This document shows positions 29,999-39,529 of a stretch of 64,000 nucleotides of DNA, piece by piece. Both the position numbers and the translations under genes were made by a program. The DNA is taken from the NCBI GenBank assembly GCA_000002435.2, contig CM018793.1. One strand, written 5' to 3'. Position 1 is the first letter of the stretch. Every line of letters begins with the position of its first letter. Below the pieces are notes generated by a model. The model saw nothing but the letters and a program-made list of their open reading frames with translations, was not told the origin of the DNA and made no database searches. This DNA comes from Giardia intestinalis. Taxonomy: Eukaryota.

Positions 29999-30005
29999 AG
30001 TAAAC
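29999..30005 (+). terminator. putative polyadenylation signal AGTAAAC 28 nt after the RLP24 stop
   Basis: 'gaaacccgAGTAAACacaat'. Confidence 0.5.
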
Positions 30006-30119
30006 ACAATAATATAGTTCTATATAGTGCTTGATAGCGCCTGAGTTGGTGATTCTGGGCACAGGCGTTGATCTGGGATCTTAAAATTTCTTCTTTCCTT
30101 GGGCTTTCTACTGGGCTTG

Positions 30120-31643
30120 ATGCCTCCCAAAGAGTCAGTCAAGCCGAAGAAGAAGCCTGAACCGCCACCACCGCAGTATTTTGATGATCGAGGAGCCCCA
30201 TGTGACTTTGAGAAGTGGATGGGCAATCTCAAGAAGAAGTATATCATGTTCTGCAAAGCCAATAATGAGTCTCCACCGATGTCCCAGCTGCTGGCCAAAA
30301 TCAAAGCTGCGCTGGAAGAGGAAAAGGAGTTCACCACTCTCGGGCTCAGTGGCTTAGACATCAACGGGGCTCACATACTACCCCTGGTTCAGTTTATGCA
30401 GGTCTATGGAAAAATCCAGCGACTTGCTTTTTGGAACACCAATCTTGGAAATGATGGCTTAACCTCGCTGTCTTCCCTTTTGCCTGGAAATAAAGTTCTT
30501 AAGCATCTCACGATATCTAATTCTAACGTTACCGAAGAGGGATATGGAGCGTTGTTCCATGCACTCCCTTATTCAGCTCTCTCGACCCTAAGTTTTGAGC
30601 ATTCTCCCATGAACTCTGCGGTGCTTTCACGCCTGGGGGTAGCTATTGAGAAGTGTACCAGTCTGGCGCGGCAACAAGCAAGTGCAGCTATCGAAGAGTC
30701 TCTAGCACTCTATCTTGCAGAACAGGAGAAACTAAAGGCAGAGGCAGAAGCCAAAAAGGGTAAGAAGGGTAAGAAAGGAAAAAAAGGGAAAAAGGGCGGC
30801 AAGGGAAAGAAGGGGAAAGCGCTCCTTACTCACGAGAAGCCCATCAGCGAGGTGTTTAACGAATTCTTCACACTGAGGGAATTGAATCTAGGATATTGCG
30901 GAATAGATCCATTACTAGCCCCCTCTCTTAGCATCTTAGTCGAGAAAAGTTGCAAATTTATCCCCACACTGATACTGAGAGGCAATCCCTTTGGTGCGTT
31001 TGGTTTGGGTGAGATAGGGGCAGGCCTTTGTCGCGCAGCAATAGACCTAAGTCAAGACGAGGCATCACTGGCCTCCTTGACTGCTGCCCAGCCATGCAAT
31101 ACTGCATCGGGGAACCTGCCACCATCTGCATCAAAAGAATCAGTACAATCAGAGAAGCCTGAGAGTGCTGCCGATCAACCAGTTACTCAGGTCGAAAACA
31201 CGGGTGACGAGGGCCTGGAAGCTAAGCCTCCGATAGTAGAAGCACCAGTCGAAGATGTATACGTTCCCCTTGAGCCTATTGGCTGCCCTTTAATCCAGCT
31301 TCAGGTCTTGGATCTTTCCAATTGCTCTATCTACGAAGCGCTCCCAGACTCCTATGCAAGCTTTGGGGACGGGGTCATTGCATGCGCAAATCTATCAACA
31401 GTTCATCTTAAGGACAATCTTTTTACAGATGCAGAGCTCCAATGGATGAGCCCCGGGCTTCTTCTGCAGCGAAGCCTTATTGTATGTACTCTTCCAACAA
31501 CCCTATCCAAAGAACGCGTTGCAGAACACTATCTTGTATTCAAGGAGCATAAAAAAATCCTTGATGAAGACGCCAAGCGGCGTAAAGGAAAGAAAGGGAA
31601 AAAAGGCAAGAAAGGCAAGAAGGGGACTAAGGGCAAGAAGTAA
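30120..31643 (+). CDS. RNI-type leucine-rich-repeat protein with two lysine-glycine (KKG)n tracts, 507 aa
   Basis: Track ORF starts at a TTG (30099); the first ATG is at 30120. Repeated 'L..L.L..N.IGD.G...L...L' ribonuclease-inhibitor-type LRRs. An internal 'KKGKKGKKGKKGKKGGKGKKGK' tract and a C-terminal 'RRKGKKGKKGKKGKKGTKGKK' tract. Confidence 0.7.
   Translation: MPPKESVKPKKKPEPPPPQYFDDRGAPCDFEKWMGNLKKKYIMFCKANNESPPMSQLLAKIKAALEEEKEFTTLGLSGLDINGAHILPLVQFMQVYGKIQRLAFWNTNLGNDGLTSLSSLLPGNKVLKHLTISNSNVTEEGYGALFHALPYSALSTLSFEHSPMNSAVLSRLGVAIEKCTSLARQQASAAIEESLALYLAEQEKLKAEAEAKKGKKGKKGKKGKKGGKGKKGKALLTHEKPISEVFNEFFTLRELNLGYCGIDPLLAPSLSILVEKSCKFIPTLILRGNPFGAFGLGEIGAGLCRAAIDLSQDEASLASLTAAQPCNTASGNLPPSASKESVQSEKPESAADQPVTQVENTGDEGLEAKPPIVEAPVEDVYVPLEPIGCPLIQLQVLDLSNCSIYEALPDSYASFGDGVIACANLSTVHLKDNLFTDAELQWMSPGLLLQRSLIVCTLPTTLSKERVAEHYLVFKEHKKILDEDAKRRKGKKGKKGKKGKKGTKGKK
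30752..30825 (+). repeat. coding (AAG-GGN)n microsatellite-like tract encoding (KKG)n, copy 1
   Basis: 'aaaaagggtaagaagggtaagaaaggaaaaaaagggaaaaagggcggcaagggaaagaaggggaaa' is an imperfect trinucleotide-periodic purine tract inside the LRR gene. Confidence 0.8.
31581..31643 (+). repeat. coding (AAR-GGN)n tract encoding C-terminal (KKG)n, copy 2
   Basis: 'cgtaaaggaaagaaagggaaaaaaggcaagaaaggcaagaaggggactaagggcaagaagtaa'. A second purine-rich KKG-coding tract at the C-terminus of the same gene. Confidence 0.8.
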
Positions 31644-31717
31644 ATATGTAGTAGCGCAGCGGCGTCCTACGTTTTTACGGAGCAGTGCCTGTGCATCCTC
31701 GCAGCGGCGATTAAAAA

Positions 31718-33127
31718 ATGAATTACTCTCAATACACTGCCTTAAACGAGGACGCAGTATCAGAATTATTTAAGCGAAGGCTTGAAGAGCTACAGAGGAG
31801 TTGCAGGCGCAGCTACCGGCAACCTATTGTCGGCCATAGACAGCTGGATATGTATCAACTGTTCAGGGCTGTGCAGGCCCGGGGAGGAGCCAAGAATGTC
31901 ACACAGTGGAAGGAAATAGGTAAGAAGCTGGGTCTTCCAGCCAGTGTCACCAATGCTGGGTATACTCTTCGTACCAAGTATGAGTCGTATATTCTTCCAT
32001 ACGAAGAGATACTCTGCAACGAGTTTCCCCAAATGGAGTTTGCTGATCCAGGTCTGAGCAGCACACTCCGGGGAGTTACCAGTATCTCTGCGCCCATCTC
32101 ATTGACTCCGCAAGTGAATAGAGTCCTCGAGAATGTCCATTCTCCACCATCTCTTGCAGAGCAGGTACATGCTGTCGGTGACGGTGTCATGTTTGCTAGC
32201 GACGATGCGCTGTATCGTCAGCCTTTGCCAGGCTTTCCGGTAACAGTCAGCACTACCACTACTACTCAGCCTCAGAATAGCTCCTCTACCCAATTCCCAG
32301 CATCAAATAACTGGCTTGTTAAGCAGTCGGAGATCAGACCACATGATTCCTCTGTGGCAAATCTTAATACCTCGTTCGATGCCAACGAACAATCTTCTAG
32401 CAATAATTTATCAAAATTACAATTCAATCCGAATCAAGGATTGTTCAACCCTTCGCAATCCTCGTATGACTTTCAACGTCTTCAACTTGCCACTCAATCA
32501 TCCGGAAAGCAAATTCAGTATCATGCCGCCTTGGCCAGACCGTCCATGTTGAGGAGATTGCAGATAAGGAATCAGAATTTTACAGACGAAAATATAGTAA
32601 CCTTTTTGAACTCACTTCCGCCCGTTGAGCTCTTGGTGATAGGTTCACTGCGGAATTTGACCAGCATGTTTGATCCTTCCCTACTTCCGATGTCCCTAGT
32701 CAGTCTCCAGTTAGATGAAATTCCCTCTCACTTGCTTGAGACTGCCCTGCAGGTTGTTAAATCCCGAAACATTCAGGATCTATCCATTACCGTTTACAAC
32801 CCAGAGGCAAAGTCCACGCTGGTAGATAGATCAAAATGGGAAGGCCACGAGGTAGCAGAAGGAGGGAGCGTATCTAATACCATGATCACACACAGGCATG
32901 AGCCCTTTACGACGTACAATAGCGCAGGAAGCATGCACCAAGAGCCATCAGAATACCCTCGCCAGCACATTGAGTTGCATGCAACAAGTCCTCTCAGAAA
33001 AACGACTTCTAATGAGTCCAGCTTGTCAATAGACCAAGGACCTGGTGCTATCGTAGATTATTCTGATCATTCTAACATTGGGCACTACTCCGATTGGCAC
33101 GATCATATTAACGACTTTGGGTATTAG
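31718..33127 (+). CDS. ARID (AT-rich interaction domain / BRIGHT) DNA-binding protein, 469 aa
   Basis: ATG at 31718 ('ttaaaaaATGaat'). The N-terminal 'PIVGHRQLDMYQLFRAVQARGGAKNVTQWKEIGKKLGLPASVTNAGYTLRTKYESYILPYEE' fits the ARID consensus (P..g...LDL..Ly..V...GG...V.....W..i...LG........a...L...Y...L..YE). The remainder is Q/S/N-rich low complexity. Confidence 0.75.
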   Translation: MNYSQYTALNEDAVSELFKRRLEELQRSCRRSYRQPIVGHRQLDMYQLFRAVQARGGAKNVTQWKEIGKKLGLPASVTNAGYTLRTKYESYILPYEEILCNEFPQMEFADPGLSSTLRGVTSISAPISLTPQVNRVLENVHSPPSLAEQVHAVGDGVMFASDDALYRQPLPGFPVTVSTTTTTQPQNSSSTQFPASNNWLVKQSEIRPHDSSVANLNTSFDANEQSSSNNLSKLQFNPNQGLFNPSQSSYDFQRLQLATQSSGKQIQYHAALARPSMLRRLQIRNQNFTDENIVTFLNSLPPVELLVIGSLRNLTSMFDPSLLPMSLVSLQLDEIPSHLLETALQVVKSRNIQDLSITVYNPEAKSTLVDRSKWEGHEVAEGGSVSNTMITHRHEPFTTYNSAGSMHQEPSEYPRQHIELHATSPLRKTTSNESSLSIDQGPGAIVDYSDHSNIGHYSDWHDHINDFGY

Positions 33128-33218
33128 CATATATGCGAATTTTATTTTAGTCTCAGACTCCTCATAATCTAGTTTAACTGTACTAGTATCTGACTAGCAT
33201 GCCAGAGAAAAAAGACAT

Positions 33219-36200
33219 CTATACGTTATCTGCAGATGGCATAAGGGTTAGAACTGGTAGCACCATGCTCTTTCCTGTAAAGGGACTGAATATGCAGCGC
33301 AGGGCAGATACAGTACTGCTTCTGCTTATCAGGAGTACCTCGGGCGTGTGCTCCCCATGATCTAGATAGCTTTGGCGGCGGCGCTTCCACTCATTCAAAG
33401 TCTCAGAATTGCTGCACAAGGCTTCGTTTCCGGTAACGCAGAAAAGCGCCATATCCTTATATTCGTTAAGACTATCCGTTGAAATCACGTTAGACACAGC
33501 GAACTGTACATCAGAGTACCTCTCCAGAAGCTTGTTGCACGAGCATATTAGATCGCGAGCAACGGAAAATAGTCCCACTCGAAGTGCAGCAACTCCCCCA
33601 AGGTAGTACGAGAGCACGGCTGCTGTTTGGGTGGATAGTTCAACTGGACTAAGAGGGTAACCCCGAATCAAGTTGTAGAGGCAAGCAAGCTCTATAGACT
33701 GCAACTCCCACTTGGGGTCCCTAAGAGCAGCCAGGACGAATGCATTGATTTTAGCTGTCAATGCTCCAAAGATATGTTCTATGGCGTGAACGATAGAAGG
33801 AGCAGAGGGGTGTGAGGCTAGTCTATAGGCTCGCCCAATGTATACAGAAAGAGAGTGGGGATCCAAGAGTCCTGATCCACTCTGAAACAGTTCTCGTGGA
33901 CTCTTTCCATAGAGATTAATCTCAACCAGCTCGGTATCTGCAAGTGCATCTGCACTATCTCGGTCAGATGCTGTATCATATGGAAAATAGGTCTTTGCAA
34001 GAAGAAGGGTTTTGACGTAATACAATCCACGCAATATCCTTCCAGCGTGGATGAAAGAAAACCAACTTGGCAGGTAAATGCCGTAGCAATCAACGGGCCT
34101 GGCGGTTGCCTGGCGACCACGCGCAGCAGACAGCAGAAGATCTAGCATCTCGCTGCCCAGGCTCGATTGGATAACGAGTTCTGCTGCACCGTAAATACTC
34201 ATAAAGTCTCCCTGTAGTGGATCTGAAAGAGTCAATAGTGCAGCAGGAAACGCTTCTCCCGTAAGTACTAGGATTCTACACGCGAGTTTGGCATTGTTTT
34301 CAGCGACGAGCTCAAGGGCAGCCTTAATAGACTTTCCATTTGCTAAGAAGTTCATAGCCGTATGGTACATAATAAGAGTGCGTAGATGCAACGAAAGATC
34401 CGTGTCCTCCACTTTGTATGCAATAATCTTGGCCAGGGTCGTTTCTCCGCTGACACAGCACTCGTAGCATGCCTGCCGAATAAGGCTGTAGCTGCCCGTG
34501 AGAGTATGAACAATTTGCCCCAGAATTATCAGCTCAATAAGTGGCGTAATCATTTCCTTTAGGTTCATCCTTACCTGCAGAGATGTAGAGGCAACGGTCT
34601 CAGTGATGGTTGAGGCAAGCTCTTGGCGTGCTTCAGGGGTCGGCAAGAGAGGCATTAGCATAGTCAGATACTTATCTGCCCGCAAATACTTAAACAATTC
34701 CATCATGCACGGGACATCGCCCAATGCAACGAAAAGCTTAAGGGCAATTAAAAACTGGTGTTTGTATGCTTCAGACTTAAGTGTGGGCTGCTTCCGGACA
34801 AATTCATAGAATTGATATTTTGTTTTAGAGAACCCGGGATCAGTTTCATAAATAGGAGCCTTTGAAGATGTCAAACTTTTCATGCAAAGCTTGGCCAGAT
34901 TCAGGGCCTCCCAAAGGAGAACCGGGCCAGTCGCCACAATACCATCTGTCACCAAAAATTCCTGCAGAGCTAGCTCATGAGTTACGACCCTTTTGGGACT
35001 GAACACATCAGTTGAGGCAAAGAGCAAGTAGTCAAAGAGCTTCATTAGCTGAAGAATCCCTGCATCGACAGGATAAAATAGAGAGAGTATAGCCCCGAAA
35101 ATCCTATTCGGAGAAAGCTGAACTGGCAAGAGTTCAGAAGATGCCGAAGCATCCTTGCTGGACGTATTCAATGTTGTTGCAAGCAGCTCTCCCCGTTCTT
35201 TGCTTGCAGACCCTGCAAGGAGGGCAAGAGCATGAGATAGCTCGGGCCCGTTGGTAGAAGAGTATGACTTCTTAAAATTGTGATAGAGAAGCGGTTCCTC
35301 TGTTGCAATACGACAAATGCTATTATATGCGTTTAAAATAAGGCCTTGAGCTTCGGTGCTAGAGGCGTCCGTTAAATATTCGGCAACATCCTCAAGTGTA
35401 TAGTCACGACTGCCAGGCTGCGCCCTGTTCTGTGCAAAAAACGCGGACAGAGCCCCAAGCGTTGCATGCATCATAGCTCGTTGTCCCAATTCCATGCCCC
35501 TTATATGAATTCTGCGGATAGTTACGTCTCGTGAGCTCACCACCATTTCAAATGGATAAGATGGAGAAATAGAGATCCCATAGACATCAGACTTGAAAGA
35601 AAAGCACGCCAGCTCAATGCCTGCAAGCCAATTCCATGCCCTGATTGTTGTATCCCATGATCCACTGAAGAGAATGTGTGGCAACTCTGGATGGAACTTC
35701 AATGGCCGTACGCGACTTGTATGCCCCTTAAGAGTACTGATGGCTGATATGCGTAGTGAAGTCTGGCTCCGTTTTGATTCAGGTACAATGTCTGCAGGGC
35801 AAGAGCCATCAGACAACAAGATGGGTCCTGTGCTGATGGGTGTACCAAAGGATAGCCTGAAGACTCTGATGGTACCATCATGGGAGGATGTAGCCAAAAT
35901 GTCAGCAATAAGGGGATGAAATACAACCTTAAAGCAACCGCTGTCGTGTGCCTTGAAGGATCCTAGATGAGGCACCGGAACAAGCTTTGATAATTTCAGA
36001 TTCAACTCTGATGCACGAAAGCGTATAGCTGACTCATCCATGTTTAGGTACCCCACATCATAGATATGTACCTTTCCATCTTCAGAAGCACATGCCAGAA
36101 GTGGGAAGTACGGTGAAAAGGCAAGCCCGTAAAGTGGAAACCTCCCAGATACAAATTCTATGTAATTCTTGGTGAAGTCAGCCGATGTAAATCCAGTGGT

Positions 36201-38069
36201 GGAAAGCCCTAGCTGAACAGAGCGGTTAAAGGGGTAAATCCGAGCCTTACCATCTAAGCTTGACGTGGCACAGAGGCACCCATATGAGTTAGTCCATGCA
36301 TTGGAGATGACCCTGCCAGCGTGTGTTTCCAAGACCGCATAAATAGAGCCCCTCCAGACATCCACAATTGCACTTGCTCCATTGTGAGAAGAGAGCAGAG
36401 CAAGGCATGACGCCGGGCGAGGGTCCCAGCTAGCACAGATTAGAGGCCCCAGAAACCGCGATGTATCGACAGCTCCACCATCAACCTTTAATCCCGTGGT
36501 AATGCTGGCTTCGCTAATAGACGCATTCTTACCCATATTGGTTATATGATTACCTCCAATACTGCCAAACTGGCCCTCCAGAGATGTTCCAGTGGAGTCT
36601 ATCCGCCAAAGCTTTGCCGTGCAATCAGCCGACAGTGAAATGTAGAACTTAGTGAGCTCCTCGTGGTAGCACACATCCAGAATAGATTCTATGTGGCTTG
36701 GATCCGTTTTATGGTTTATAGTGTATTGATTGCAATCAATCGAGAAGATAGATCCTGTGGATGTACATCCAACAAGATATGTGATGGTCATAGAAGCACG
36801 CTTTGTTGGAGACGTCGGGGAATGTGCACTATCTAAAGAAGAGCCCTGAAAGAATGAATCAATACTGAGGAAGTCGTTGTCGCTATAAAGATTGGTTCCT
36901 CCCTCCTTTTGTAACGGCTCAGAACACCGGAGAGCGAGAATGTCTAGCCCACGGGATACGACAATTGTGTGATGCACCTCATTGACGGATAGCTCAGTGC
37001 ACTCTGTATCATCAAGGGTTTTGGCAAGTACATTAATATTGCAGATCTTTATAATTCCAGAGGAAAACCCAATCGCAATTAACCCTGGCTTATGCCGAAG
37101 GAAGCACGCGCAGCGTACTCCATCTATCTTGCGCCGACCAGTCAAGCGAGTAGGAACAGGAACAAAATCATGCAGCAATAATGTCCCGCAGGAATACACG
37201 CTTAATACTAAACGCGAGAAATTCTGATTAAACGGGTCAACGTCCACCGATAGAGCGCTTGAGTAGTTAACACCAAACTGCAAGAGACCCGGTGTCAGAT
37301 AGATCATGGCAGCACTATTAGAGGTTAGCTTGACTCCGGTATTAGTAGCTAACTGATATGCATTATATCCCACAGGAAGTTGCGTGTCTGCTTTCAGGTC
37401 TAATCCGAGAAACTTGTAACGCTGCTTGTCAGTAGTCAATGCCTGATAATCATCTGATGAGATCGCTGCATACAAAGCCTCTGCACCTTTTTGTAGCATG
37501 AAGAGGCGTCCACTAAGGAGTCCGCCAAGTAGAATACCACTACTCGGATTGTCTCGAGTTTGTATGCCTACTTGTGCACTTTCAAACTTCACCGCTCGCA
37601 AGATATTGGTGTGCAAATAGTCGGGGAGTGATGCATGTACAACCTTGTTCGTCTCTGTGTCCAGAATGCCCAAAATGTCATGCAGTCTAGAAACGAGAAC
37701 CAGGTAGCGGTCACCAGCTCCCGCAAAGTCGGCAACGTCAAAGCACGGTACGCTAGAACTTCTGCTAGCATAGTCTTCATCGTATATCTTCAAGCCCACC
37801 TGTACTGTGTTGATGGGGTGTGTGAGATGGGGAACCTGGAAAAAAGTGCACTCTCCTGACCTCATAATAGCGGCGAGAACTCCTTTGGTGTTGCATGCAA
37901 TCGCTGAAATCCCCGATTTGCTTGTAAACGAAGAAATATGTCGGCGGAAGGGAATGTCTAATATAACTACTGTGGTTGTTGATGCATAAATAGCATATCT
38001 ATCATAGCAGGAGATCGTATTCGGTGTGTATAGGCCGCACCCTGGATGGGTGCACTGCCATTCTTGCAT
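33219..38069 (-). CDS. large WD40 beta-propeller plus alpha-solenoid protein (protocoatomer/IFT-like architecture), 1616 aa
   Basis: Track ORF starts at a GTG (38135); the first ATG is at 38069 ('ccttaaaaaaATGcaa'). Clear WD repeats ('LACASEDGKVHIYDV', 'ATSSHDGTIRVFRL', 'LFSGSWDTTIRAWNW', 'CASWDPRPASCLALLSS') in the first ~850 aa. They are followed by ~750 aa of helical repeats. No family-specific motif assigned. Confidence 0.7.
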   Translation of the reverse strand: MQEWQCTHPGCGLYTPNTISCYDRYAIYASTTTVVILDIPFRRHISSFTSKSGISAIACNTKGVLAAIMRSGECTFFQVPHLTHPINTVQVGLKIYDEDYASRSSSVPCFDVADFAGAGDRYLVLVSRLHDILGILDTETNKVVHASLPDYLHTNILRAVKFESAQVGIQTRDNPSSGILLGGLLSGRLFMLQKGAEALYAAISSDDYQALTTDKQRYKFLGLDLKADTQLPVGYNAYQLATNTGVKLTSNSAAMIYLTPGLLQFGVNYSSALSVDVDPFNQNFSRLVLSVYSCGTLLLHDFVPVPTRLTGRRKIDGVRCACFLRHKPGLIAIGFSSGIIKICNINVLAKTLDDTECTELSVNEVHHTIVVSRGLDILALRCSEPLQKEGGTNLYSDNDFLSIDSFFQGSSLDSAHSPTSPTKRASMTITYLVGCTSTGSIFSIDCNQYTINHKTDPSHIESILDVCYHEELTKFYISLSADCTAKLWRIDSTGTSLEGQFGSIGGNHITNMGKNASISEASITTGLKVDGGAVDTSRFLGPLICASWDPRPASCLALLSSHNGASAIVDVWRGSIYAVLETHAGRVISNAWTNSYGCLCATSSLDGKARIYPFNRSVQLGLSTTGFTSADFTKNYIEFVSGRFPLYGLAFSPYFPLLACASEDGKVHIYDVGYLNMDESAIRFRASELNLKLSKLVPVPHLGSFKAHDSGCFKVVFHPLIADILATSSHDGTIRVFRLSFGTPISTGPILLSDGSCPADIVPESKRSQTSLRISAISTLKGHTSRVRPLKFHPELPHILFSGSWDTTIRAWNWLAGIELACFSFKSDVYGISISPSYPFEMVVSSRDVTIRRIHIRGMELGQRAMMHATLGALSAFFAQNRAQPGSRDYTLEDVAEYLTDASSTEAQGLILNAYNSICRIATEEPLLYHNFKKSYSSTNGPELSHALALLAGSASKERGELLATTLNTSSKDASASSELLPVQLSPNRIFGAILSLFYPVDAGILQLMKLFDYLLFASTDVFSPKRVVTHELALQEFLVTDGIVATGPVLLWEALNLAKLCMKSLTSSKAPIYETDPGFSKTKYQFYEFVRKQPTLKSEAYKHQFLIALKLFVALGDVPCMMELFKYLRADKYLTMLMPLLPTPEARQELASTITETVASTSLQVRMNLKEMITPLIELIILGQIVHTLTGSYSLIRQACYECCVSGETTLAKIIAYKVEDTDLSLHLRTLIMYHTAMNFLANGKSIKAALELVAENNAKLACRILVLTGEAFPAALLTLSDPLQGDFMSIYGAAELVIQSSLGSEMLDLLLSAARGRQATARPVDCYGIYLPSWFSFIHAGRILRGLYYVKTLLLAKTYFPYDTASDRDSADALADTELVEINLYGKSPRELFQSGSGLLDPHSLSVYIGRAYRLASHPSAPSIVHAIEHIFGALTAKINAFVLAALRDPKWELQSIELACLYNLIRGYPLSPVELSTQTAAVLSYYLGGVAALRVGLFSVARDLICSCNKLLERYSDVQFAVSNVISTDSLNEYKDMALFCVTGNEALCSNSETLNEWKRRRQSYLDHGEHTPEVLLISRSSTVSALRCIFSPFTGKSMVLPVLTLMPSADNV

Positions 38070-38080
38070 TTTTTTAAGGT
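38070..38080. promoter_or_regulatory. 11-bp AT-rich spacer ('ttttttaaggt') between divergent start codons of the WD40 gene (-) and the S/T/P-rich ORF (+)
   Basis: ATG(-) at 38069 and ATG(+) at 38081. 'ccttaaaaaaATG' on the minus strand is a textbook AT-rich initiator. Confidence 0.45.
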
Positions 38081-38974
38081 ATGAATGCAGAAGCCACAGA
38101 AGTCTTGCAACACTGCTCGCCTCTTCAGCGGACACGAACGTACAGGTGCTTATATATCAATAACGCCATTGAGGATGGCAAAATCATAGTTCCAGAGTTG
38201 ATATACGAGTCCAAGTACACACCCAACACAGTCACAGCGCTTCTTCAGCATGCGGAGGCGCGCAAAAAATATGCTTCAGGCAACCCCATTGGCCGGAACA
38301 AGCGTCCTCTTCAAAGCAGACAGGCATCCATTCTGAGAAAGAGCGATTATATAACACCAATTTCCGCGCCCTCTACTTCTCCACATCAGCGTCCATTCCT
38401 TCCTAACATCGGACGACCCGGTGCCAAACCTTTGTCTTCTGCCAGTGCGCATATCTCTAAGATAGCAACTACAGCTAAGCATGAAACTCCTGTGTCCCCG
38501 ACACTCACTTCTACCCCACACTTCCTTGAAGCTAACCACATTGTGCAGCTGACATTCACTCCAGATGGTACCCACAGTTCACAAGCGTTTTCACCAAGCA
38601 GGGTGGCTCCAGGAAGTCCTACTATAAAGACCCCTAAGCAGTTCTTGGACGTTTCACCGCACAGCTCTATTAAGTCCCACCTGAAAGACCGGCCAGAACA
38701 CAGAGCTGATCAAAACTCTTTATTAGGCGCAGGGCACCTGCATACTCCAGCCCCATCTCGTGTACATAGTCGCTTACAAGGTACCAATTCTGCCCTTGGT
38801 GTTGCTCCAGACAATAACATTCCTTCAAAGTACAAGGGTAGCACAAAGGCTCCAAGTGTAGACCCAGGCTTTTCTGTCCGAAGTGTTGTTAATGATCTTT
38901 TAGCGTTGCCTACTCCTCAAATACATTGCACATCACCCTCTCTTCGCATGCGCTTTCTAAACAGTAACCAATGA
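38081..38974 (+). CDS. hypothetical S/T/P-rich low-complexity protein, 297 aa (gene status uncertain)
   Basis: ATG at 38081 lies only 11 bp from the divergent WD40 start. The ORF fills what would otherwise be a 1.45-kb gap. Composition is Ser/Pro/Thr-rich and basic, with no motifs. Confidence 0.35.
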   Translation: MNAEATEVLQHCSPLQRTRTYRCLYINNAIEDGKIIVPELIYESKYTPNTVTALLQHAEARKKYASGNPIGRNKRPLQSRQASILRKSDYITPISAPSTSPHQRPFLPNIGRPGAKPLSSASAHISKIATTAKHETPVSPTLTSTPHFLEANHIVQLTFTPDGTHSSQAFSPSRVAPGSPTIKTPKQFLDVSPHSSIKSHLKDRPEHRADQNSLLGAGHLHTPAPSRVHSRLQGTNSALGVAPDNNIPSKYKGSTKAPSVDPGFSVRSVVNDLLALPTPQIHCTSPSLRMRFLNSNQ

Positions 38975-39529
38975 AGCCTGGGCCTATTATCTTCTACTTG
39001 TCTGTTGGCACATACCGGCACTTTTCTTTAACGAGAAGGAATTGCGTGATACTCACTCCTTTGCTCTATATCACGTTATCCGCTAGACTGCTAATTAGGT
39101 AGTATTTTTGCAGCTAGAGCTTAATTGTAAGTTTTGTCAAGTATCAATCTAGCAATCTTGAATCTATTAATAAAGTGAGATTAAATAGATTGCAACCAGG
39201 ATAAGGCCAGATATGATACTTTCCCTAACAATGCTTTAAGCAAGAGATCTATGCTTGTCAAAGAGCTCGTTGCTGTTCCATTTGTTCTCCTTTGTTTTGC
39301 TATAACTGTTTCAGTATTGAGCCTTTATCTATAAACTAATCGTAGTTTTGTATAAGTAAATGCACAGGGTCTCCGGCGCAGCGTAGGAAGGCTATGCGTA
39401 CTTCGACCACGACGCGCCCAGCCTTGAAGGTGTATGCAGCAAAGACGGGTGACTAAGATACAAAGTTTATTGTTCATGAATAAGTTGTCCCGGTGGAAAA
39501 GCACGGGAAGATTTAAGAGAAAGATCTAA

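Noticed and set aside
31480-31773. 97-aa ORF spanning the LRR-ARID intergenic region
   Set aside because: It overlaps the 3' end of the LRR gene in another frame and the ARID start. It is basic low-complexity read-through of the KKG tract and has no support.
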